A DNA stretch of 64,000 bases from Phoronis australis. Its lineage: Eukaryota; Animalia; Phoronida. The DNA lies in contig NMRA01000356.1 in assembly GCA_002633005.1 (NCBI GenBank), forward strand, positions 262,167-326,166, written 5' to 3'. The notes beneath the pieces are model-generated. The model was not told where the DNA came from and made no database searches. It saw only the letters and a program-made list of their open reading frames with translations. The translations under genes and the position numbers were made by a program. Positions 54,327-64,000 of this stretch are shown here, piece by piece; the stretch's first letter is position 1; each line of letters starts with the position of its first letter.

Positions 54327-55412
54327 GAAGCGACTCATGGTTTAGAAGCAACCAGTGAACTCTCATCAGGTCGATACGATAATCTTACAAGTTAAGAAAA
54401 CAAACCCGTGAAGTTACAATACCTAAAAATGTATTCCAGAGAATGTGAACATTTTCAAAGATGGTACTGCATGTGGCTTCAATATGTAACTAATTTATTT
54501 TTAACCCAACATGGAGTTATTGGTACACTATCTATAATGTTTTCTTCCTCGTATGAAAATGTATAGGCTTCCCATGGATGAATGGGGGTAAGGTGTTTCA
54601 AGAAATATGGGACAGACTGAGCATCAAGTTTATTACCATGATTACAAACAATGTCTAACAAAACTATGTTGCACTTAATGGTATGGAGCACCGTTTCCAT
54701 TCACAAAAGCTTGATGTTTAATTAAAGAGGAATACGAGATACATTCCCCAAGCTTAAAAAAGTTTTGATAACTGAATATAGGTCTATGACCATCACGTCC
54801 ACAAAACACCTAAAACACATGTTACTGAATGTGAAATATAAATGGATAGGTATCAGTGAGCTTCATTCACCAGGCAAGTTGCAATGTGGTCCTATAAAGC
54901 ATATTTCACTGGCACTGATCATTAAAAGCACCACCTGTTTGTTCTGTGTTTATCTCTCATTTAGTTACAGGATGACTCGAACATCAAATTCAATGTGGTG
55001 TATACCCAGCTTGACAAAACAAAAATGAGGAAAATTACTCGTTGATCCATAATTTAATGTAATACAACAGAGCTTGCTGCATCGTGTATGTTGTGATTCT
55101 CCAGGGGATCATATCACTATTGCCGTTACCAGTTTTATTTTAGCACCCCAGTTCTTTCCGTTAAGTCGTAGCACAACATTGAAAAAGAACCAACTGAAAA
55201 TGGTGTCCACAACACTACTACAAAGCACCCAACTCGATAATTTTCAGAGGTGTTGGTTAAGCACAATTGAGTTTTCTATGATTAAGAAAACTTAATAAAG
55301 TGCCTATCTATTACATAAAAGTATTTTGACAAGGCTGACACTTTGTGACAATAAATTAGATATCTAATGTAAATAATTGGTAACAATGAGAGTTTTAAGT
55401 GACTACATCAAC

Positions 55413-58400
55413 TCATTTTCTTCTCCACACTGTCACATGAGTAACAGTCCATTGATATTTACGCGCCGTCTCATGAATAACAAAAGGCAAGTTTTCCTCA
55501 CTAATGAGATCAAAACTTAGCCCCAACAGTTCCTTCAGTGTGTCAAATGTGGTCACAGGCTGTTTGTTCTCATTGTAGAAACCTCCAAGCCAATTCTCCT
55601 GAAATTGAATAAAATGCATAGAATAGAATGATAATGATAATATACATTGCACCATAGATGTACTATAGTCTATGACTGCACATAATATTCAACTGAAGAC
55701 AAAGTCCTCTATACGCATGTGCTAAACTGACAATTTTATTACCAATTTATGAAACCAATAACAAGTGGAATATAGGATCTTGATCATGTCAGTTTGACCA
55801 TGAACCTATAGAGGGTGCTTGAGAGTGCAAAGTAAAAGGGACTTCATATCAAGTTAAAACCACTACAAACCCCTGGTGCTAAACCACCAACATTCTTCAC
55901 ATTTGTATTTGCTTTTCCAAACCAATTGGATACAACAAATCTCATAAAATACCCATAACAGCAATACAACCAAGGTCATTGAAACTAAGCCGCCAAGTCA
56001 AGCAACGTTAATGGGTGTGGTCTGAAAAAATAACGAGCCATCAGTTATTCTCAAGCCTAGAAAACATTTCTAAACTGAGAAACAAACAAGATGAGACTCA
56101 TGTTATAACAGTAAATGGGTGAATCAAATGTTGCTTGTTGACAGAAGGCACGATTTATCTCCCCTTCAAAATGAATTAACAGGGGGCAAGGTAATAAAGT
56201 TGTGGATAATAAATTGAGCACTCAATACAAGCAATGAGATCAGTGAAAGTTAACTTTAAGAGTGCAACCTGTGTCAGTGGCACATAAATTTTCATTGATG
56301 CACCGTGATTACTTGAGCTAAAGTTGTGTCAACAATCTTACTTTATTTTGTCATTTTGCCAAGCCACGGTAATAATACACTTTCAGTTTATATTCTACCA
56401 CAACACCAATCACCATACCAGGGCCATGGCAAAGTAAAAATTATAGGAGATAAAATTTATAGGTGGCTCAGATGAATTCAAGCTTTGCCCCATCCTCTGG
56501 TTTCCACTGCTGTCATCACCAATACTTCGCCCCCGACACTCCAAATTATTGCGAGGCATGTGCCCCTCGCCCCCTGCTCCCTACAGCCTTGCTGTTGTGA
56601 AAATACAGAATCTGATACAACTGTAGATTTACAAGCTTGGTGAAACTGAAATGGTGTTGACATTCTGATCAATCTGTATTCATTGAACCTACTAGGACAG
56701 CACACAAAATCACACGTAAAAGATGCAGCCTTCACAAAATCTGAGTCATGAAATGTCAAAAAAATTAATTGACTAATGCATAAAAGGTCCTGTTGGTCAA
56801 CTGACCTACAAGTATGTTTTTCTAAAATGATCCACGACAGAGAGTAACAATTATGAGAAAGGGAGCTTATAATATAATTTTTTAGCATTGTCTGTGAACA
56901 CTCTTGAAGATGACCTGCCAGGAAGAACATGACGACTCATCACCTTTCAGCTAGATCTGGCCATGCTTCTACCACTGACTTTGAGAGATAGTCACATATG
57001 GAACCATGGTAACCGTGGAATGATTAGTAACTAGTGCCAAACAAAACTGAGACAGTCCGACTCACTTTTGGTGTGAACTCTGTCATCCATGTGTACGGGG
57101 AAGTAACAACGACGACACCACCGGAGGCCACTAGGTTGGGTAGTCGATGAAGGAAGTCACGGGGATTGCGTAGTCGATCAATGACATTTGCCGCCAGAAC
57201 ACATCCAAACAGTCCGAGATCAAGAGGTAAGTTAGTGGCATCACCTTGTTGGAAAGTTACTCTTTCCCTGTCCTAAACACAAGACCATGATGTACAATTG
57301 AAAAGCAAAACTCTTCAGTAGGTACACAAAATGACAAAAAGCAAAATTTAATTTTGTAAGTCAACTCAAGTTTCCAAATACAGAAGTGAAAACTGTCAGA
57401 AAACTGCCAGGATTTTGGTTTACACAAAGAAGACTGCATCCTCCAAATGCCGAAAAACATGGCTCAGAGACCCTTCACACACAATTTTACAGAAAAAGCC
57501 CTGAGTCCAAAAACATCACAGCAAAAATGACTTAGTCTGCTGATGCTGAATCATTATGCTTTTGGGTGAAGACACATTGCGTATTTCAATTACATCCAGT
57601 ATTTTAAAATCAGTGTTCTCCACACCCTGTTTTGACTCCTCACGGAGTTTGAATTTTGTCTTGACTTACTTGCGATGAGTTTGAAAATCTTCACAAGTTC
57701 GAAGTACGGGAGATAAGTAATTTCTTAAGCAAATAAAAACATTCCAGAGTATTGGTGCTAGTTCAATACATTCATCCCAAGACTTTAAACACACCAACTC
57801 CTCACAGCTTGGACATGGACTTTCAAACACGTATACGTGAATTTTGTAATATTCCAGTTGAGATTGAATTTTCCGTAGTGGAGAACATTGGAAATTACTT
57901 ACAATTGATGAATCAACATGTGCCACGAGATCTGTTTGAAGATCACCTTCATCATTTGTGAAGTATGCCAATGAACCTTCATCTTTTAACCTGGAATAAA
58001 AGATAGAAAATCTGTTTATTAACATGAAGTTGGCAGCAATTACAGTACAGACATTCTAATACATTACATGTAACTTTAGAAGCATAAAAACTATTTTTGA
58101 CAATGCAAATTTTTTGACTGGAATTGTGACATCAATTCTGTAAATTAAAGAGAACTGTATTTCAAACACTTTATTAGGATTAAAACCTCCCCATTAAGAA
58201 ACAAAAATAATAATATCAGGAATCCATAACTGTACTAAAGAGGTGCAAATATATTGACACGAAGAAGATTTCATAACCAAATTCAGAAAATTTTAATACA
58301 GGAAAACTAGCACAAGCCAGATGTGTATGCTAAACACAATATGGTTGTTCCACTTCATGCACACAGATGTTCAGAGATTTGGATTTTGCATTACTCAGAT

Positions 58401-60877
58401 AAAATATGTTTGTCTGGCTGGATCTGGCTACATATTCGGATGTGAATACTGCTAGAATATTTACTCAGACAAGCAAAAATCTTACAGGGAAAAATTTTGC
58501 ATTGGGAGAGGAAATTACTAGAATCCACAGCTGTACCAAGAATAATAATGGTATAATTTGTTTGTTTACACAGTAAAAGTTTCGATTATTTCTGTCATCT
58601 AAAACCAGACTGCTGCTGATGCATGCCTCATACTACACTAATTCTTTTTACACAAGTAGTCTGTGGATGTTTCTGGTTCTTTTATAAATTAATTATTAAC
58701 TTCATCCGCATAAGTAGTGTCAATGCCTGCTAATAGGGGGTGTCAAAACTTCTTGGAATAATCAGATGCTTGAGGACTGACTCAACAGTTTTTTTGAATT
58801 AATCGGTTGAAAAAATTCCCAAAATATTTCAAGAACTTTGTAACACACCAATCAGAATAAATGAGAAAACAGCTACAGTTACATATAAATTCTGGATCAG
58901 TTATCTCACGGCAAAAGACTAAATACACAAAAAAACATGAAGCTTTGAAACACCCAGTTGGGATAACAAAATAGAGAAAAATGAGTCAAATACTGGAATT
59001 TGCTTACTCAAGAGTTAGCGACGTTGCGTTTGTCTCTCACAGGCTCCAGCTTGGCTAGTGATGGATTAAGGTTCCATCCATCACACATATAGGATAGTGT
59101 CCTGACCTCAATGCCGCATCGTTTGAGTAAAACACCATGCAATGTTGCTAACTCAAGTAAGCAAATTCCAGTATTTGACTCAATTTTTCTGTATTTTGAC
59201 TTAATGCACAGTTTATCAGTAACTAAACAACAGGTGAAGCAGTAAAGTGTACCTGACACAGGCGTCTATAAATGAGTTGCTAGAGTCTATTCCAGTCACG
59301 TTGTCAAAGTCTTTACATAACTCAAAGCTTGATCTGCCAACTGAACAGCCAACATCCAGGGCTTTATTAGGTAAGCCATCCTGAAAACACATTAAGTGCT
59401 TTACACAGCTGTTTCCATATCAGTACAAAAGTCTTCGAATTGAATATGGTCACAAGAAAAAATTACATAATAAAGTCAAATTACCAAGGTGGAAAACATC
59501 AATATGGTGATGTACATCATTCATGCTTTATGGCAAATTCCTTTCTTGAAGGTAATTGTAAGACATTTGTCAACCAGCTTTTGTCATTTAAGTGATTTTG
59601 AATCCATTACAAACAACATTAGAAACCTAGTTCATTCTCGTCAGGGCAATGACTTCAATAATGACTCTTTGAAGTGTGGTAGATAACAACCTGGACAAAA
59701 GACAGCTAAGAATGCTTTACAGTAAGACGAGATTGTCTTCTGCATTTACTTTGATCTAGAATACTGATTCATCAAACTACTATGTTCACTATTCATAACA
59801 AAAGCAAATTTAATTAGAAACAGACCATAATGGTCATTTTAGCAATGTCCAACAAATAAGTATGCACTCGTGTGCTGTTCAAAAATAAACAAGCATTAAT
59901 CAGCACTGTCTGAAGTTTAGAGTGAAAACATCTACTAAAGGACAAAATACCTTTGGAGTAAAATGTTTTTTGCATAACTCAGCACATCTTTTTGGGAAAT
60001 CTAGTGCCTCCCTGGGGCCAAACTGCCAGGGCAAGACCTCCTCCGGGGAGCCATAGTGGAAGAGCAAGTACTCATGCAGTACATTTTGTGTTTCATATTT
60101 ATTCACATGCTCTTCATGTCTCCTCCTAAACCACTGGTAGGTGGCGTATGTTGCCCAGCCTGAAACAAAGTAAAATCTGCTCAGACATCTGCAGTGTTCT
60201 TATCCGAGTTATTAAAAAGTTGCCAGAATCTGTGGGTCAAGGACACAGTATACATTCATAACGTAAACTGGCTATAAACCACCCCTCTAATTAATTAAGA
60301 AGACTAACTGGTAGAAATCTAATCTGTTAAAACTGAAACATGTTTTTACTTAAATTAGAGATGGTTCTGGGCTTGGGAAGAACTTGGACATCATGCCGAA
60401 TAATTCATAACTTGTTTGTTAGATGAAGAATGGTAACTGGGCAAGCAAATAATTGATAGTGCTTCCCACAGCAGGTTATGTTTCATGCGCCCCACTTAAG
60501 TACAACAAAACTGCGAACGTCCAATGCAATTTATCCATTCATGTATTGACTGGAATCTTTTTTTACACAAACTAGTACTCGCATGCACATCTGTACGTTA
60601 ATATGCATGCTTTAGTGCTCTTATGAAAGCTCAGTAATGCTTTGTTAGGTAGAGGCAAGTAAATTAGTAAAGGGTCTGCGGTATCTAAGATCTGAACTGC
60701 GGCAACTACGCAGTTGACTTCTCCTGTCCAAGTCGATCTGAGACCAGAGCTCTAATTGCAGGAAAACCAATAGATCTAAGCCAAAACTGTGAACGTACCC
60801 GTAGTTACAACTAGCGCAGTTTTTGCAATTAACTTATGATCGATACCGAACCACTTGTGAGACCAGTGATGAGGCAT
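55413..60877 (-). CDS. Stand-alone SAM-dependent methyltransferase of the OvoA C-terminal (putative mercaptohistidine N-methyltransferase) family, 6 coding exons, ~298 aa
   Basis: Exons: 60877-60799, 60159-59951, 59380-59253, 57990-57903, 57272-57066, 55598-55413 (TGA); 897 nt, phases consistent. Motifs YETQNVLHEYLLFHYG, FPKRCAELC, SAM motif I ALDVGCSVGRSSFEL, FQQGDATNL, LAANVIDRL, TSPYTWMTEFTPKENWLGG and PFVIHETARKYQWT match my recollection of the OvoA methyltransferase domain. The first exon is the least certain. Confidence 0.88.
58967..59198. mobile_element. ~230-bp MITE-like inverted repeat in methyltransferase intron 3
   Basis: ~60-bp arms containing TGAGTCAAATACTGGAATTTGCTTACT (left) and AGTAAGCAAATTCCAGTATTTGACTCA (right). 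TSD not clear. Confidence 0.7.
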
Positions 60878-62337
60878 GTTATTGTAAATCACAATACCCA
60901 AACCAAGGTAAAGTCTGTCTTGTAACAAAATTGACAGTTTTATAGTTTTCAATTCATGAAGAGCAGATTGAAGGTTAGTTTGGAAACTAGCCACCAGGAG
61001 CGAGCTCGTGTCCGCTAGGATGTAGGGGACACGCAGGTATATCATCCAGTAGCACGAATTTTATCACTGGTTGATGTAACCTTGGCAGTCATTGCTTAGC
61101 TTTACAGCAAAGAAAGAAATTGTCGGAGTGTAAACGATTTTCAGCCTTTGGAAGTGGCGTGATAGCAAATATTGCGTTTCTGCATTAATATTAAATAGGC
61201 CTAGCCACGTGCTTGCACACACCTGGCCACTAACCGGTGTGAATACAGGACAGCAACGTAAACAGACTGCAGCTCGACTGAATCTACTGATCATCAAGTG
61301 TGAACTTAGACTAGACAGGCATCAGCATGCGCACACCCAGCCTTTAATATGGAGGGCTCGAATTCCTGACGATGTGGACCTTTTGGTAACAAAAAAGCGT
61401 GCGGACTAAAGAAAAAAAAGGGGGCACCACCGTGAATTGTGCGTTTGTGCTTGCTTAGTGGACTTTTGTCTCATTTTCTCGGGTGCGCATGGCATCAGCT
61501 AAGTTATAACATACTTGAGCATAGCCTGAGTTATATTAAATTCGCCGCACAAAAGTAGAACGCAATATGCCCAAAGTACTATCGAATAGGCCCTGGGCAC
61601 ATATGTCTTAGGCGGTTGTCCTGTCGGAGCTCTGACCAAACGGTATCGCCGTTTTCCCATTGTTCACCAGACTTTTTAGAGCCTGAATGGCACCGATTCA
61701 ATTGGCTCATCAACTTAGCTGAAAAGAAGAATCTTCGCATCCAACCCGCCATGTCAACTTTCCACGGTCACAGCACAAGTTGGCCATTAGGACCACATCA
61801 CTTCAAATGCTGATTACGCTTTTGTAATTGCAATGAAATCAATTGCATGCCCTGAAAATACTCCTTGAAATTTCTTAATCTTTTAAATTTTAATAGTCCT
61901 CAACAATGAAGCTGAAATTGCTCAGTATTTTTCGAAAATAAGGCCAGCATAACTACGATTCTTTTAAAAACAAAACTACAGGAGCACGAGATTGTATAAG
62001 TGAGACTACAATTGTTAAAATATATCATGACCTAAATGCGTACACTGAACTAAAATGCAATTAGCCTTAGGGAATAAAAGACGACGAAAACTTCAGAGCA
62101 CTGACTGGAAACAACGTATTTCTTTCCAGAACTAGAAATACTTCACGCTCGATTGTTTTAAACATTCCATTTCCCTTTTAAAAAATCCTAACGATCGAAG
62201 ATTCAGTGGTTTTAAATAGTGAAATTGGTCTAGCGTAAAATGGTTTTGCGGGAATGTTTATTCGTCTCACGTGTCTGTGAAATAATGTTAGATTGCTGTA
62301 TGACTATAAACAAGGCTGATTATGTTGATTCACAAAA

Positions 62338-63628
62338 ATGTGGGTAATTTTAAAGATAAATGTTTTTCTGTCTTTGCTTTCGCCGTGTGTTCTCTCCTCT
62401 CCAAACATTACTGGTAAGTATTTACATCGCACAGCTATCACTTGCCTTCGGCGTGTAGCCTACCGTTATTCGTCTATATTTTGACGGAGTGTGTGGCTAT
62501 TAGAACTCACACCCTTTTGGAAAGACGGTGGACGAGAATCCACCCTTTTAGAGAACCGATCAGATAAAAATCCTTCCTTGGGATCTTTTACGAAAAAGTC
62601 ACCGCAGCCTTTTGTCCGTCAAGCCCCGAAGCATAAAACCTTCACAGAGTATTGTTGCAGAACTGGATCCTCACATAGACGGAGTTTTTGGTTTACAAAG
62701 AAGTTTTGCAGGAATGAAAAAAGTGCCTTCGTACTCCGGCCAAGATACCTCCATCCATATAATTGGCAAAATGTCATCTGTGTAATCATTCCTGGGATTT
62801 TCTCTCCGCATTGGAGGATTAAGAGGTCCTTGGGAACCAAAAATACCGTCGACATGTCGTTAGGACTTATGTGGACATACATTCCTGAAAGTTTGTGTCC
62901 CCTTGAGACAACCTAGATTCTGCAGTTTGTAAACACATCCACACACACGCACATACACACACACATTCGCGGGACTTTATTTTAGCCCCTGTGACTGCCT
63001 TGGTCTAGGCAACATTTAGTCCCCATGTGGCCAGGATCGTTAGGTAGGCCTACTCCCAAAAAACATCAACTGTATATCCGTTGTTCTACACATCATGGTA
63101 ACATTGTGCCCCTGACACAGGAACTTGCAGTGCATGAAAGAACTGTACAGTCACGTTTATCCTAGAAAACGTTGTTGACAAAATGCCCTTCATGAGAAAA
63201 GAAATGGGTTTGTGAGAAAAGAAACTGCGCAGTGTGCGTCAGTGAGAAATACATCTTGAAAATTAAATGTTTACACGTCAGAAGAAAAAGCCCTTCTGGT
63301 CAATGAGAGGTAATGTCATGACTGCGTTAAGATGAGACCTGACTAGTGACAACTGCAAGCTTGACGCTGTTTTGTTTATGTTCAATATTTTTCAGAACCG
63401 TCGACAAATCAAGGGCCAAAGTTCAATATTGCTTTGAACATTTCTATACCGCTGGGCTTTGTTTTGATTATCTTGGGGTTGCTGATATACTTGCACTGTT
63501 TCGCAAAGAGGAATGTCGACTATTCGCACCGAAGGCGCGAAGTTCACGAATCTGTAGGCTCACAACCCCAAAATCAGCAACAGCGCCTCTTGGTACCGTC
63601 CGTGAAAGATGCAGTGGACCGGAATTAG
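62338..63628 (+). CDS. Small type I single-pass membrane protein, 2 exons, 102 aa, unknown function
   Basis: Exon 1 62338-62413 (CAAAAATG context; MWVILKINVFLSLLSPCVLSSPNIT; donor G|GTAAGT, phase 1). Exon 2 63396-63628 (acceptor TTTTTCAG; EPSTNQGPKFNIALNISIPLGFVLIILGLLIYLHCFAKRN...DRN*). Signal peptide, N-x-S/T sequon, hydrophobic helix followed by KR. Confidence 0.72.
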
Positions 63629-64000
63629 AACTAAAGGTTGATGAGTGCTCTATTAACAAAACAGACTTGATGAATTGTATAGTGGGAATTTAATGTGCCA
63701 CTTAAACTCAAATAGATAAGTCTTCAGTAATATGCTTTTAAGTTGGATTGTGAAAGTTTCCATATTCGAATTGCTTTAGGATTTGAATGGGCGAGACGAC
63801 GTACGGCTTTGAAAAAACGAACGCATCTGAGGTCCATTTTGTGCCTTGTAGGCTACTGATCTAAAGCTGTATTTCACCCAGTCTAGCTGGATGAAAAACC
63901 AAAATGAAACCAGGCCTTTTACTCTCATGAAATCGGCCTCATGCTGTCTTGTCATACTACTCCGTGGTGTAATAGGCTTCTACTTCCATTACTAACTCAA

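Noticed and set aside
55413-60877. Calling the gene ovoA or a bacterial contaminant
   Set aside because: No sulfoxide synthase exons are visible in the window, and five spliceosomal introns show it is a resident nuclear gene.
62491-62916. 141-aa plus-strand ORF
   Set aside because: GTG start, no recognisable motif; lies within the intron of the small membrane protein gene.

Overview
AT-rich, intron-rich animal DNA; the repeat types and an ovothiol-family gene suggest a marine invertebrate, possibly a mollusc (inference only). Four spliced protein-coding genes were assembled by hand, each with GT-AG introns and consistent exon phases. (1) A 20-coding-exon F-box/7xWD40 gene on the minus strand (7949-37821, ~1173 aa). 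(2) CDKN3/KAP phosphatase on the plus strand (45083-53023, ~217 aa). (3) A stand-alone methyltransferase resembling the OvoA C-terminal (mercaptohistidine methyltransferase) domain, with a putative N-terminal membrane anchor, on the minus strand (55413-60877, ~298 aa). (4) A two-exon, 102-aa signal-peptide/single-pass membrane protein on the plus strand (62338-63628). Non-coding DNA carries four copies of a Helentron/HINE-like element whose internal repeats contain regularly spaced, co-oriented CTCF-consensus motifs, a three-level nest of DNA transposons, several MITEs, many minisatellites and some perfect hairpins. No prokaryotic features, CRISPR arrays, rRNA or tRNA genes were recognised. 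Family assignments come from recalled motifs, not from database searches.
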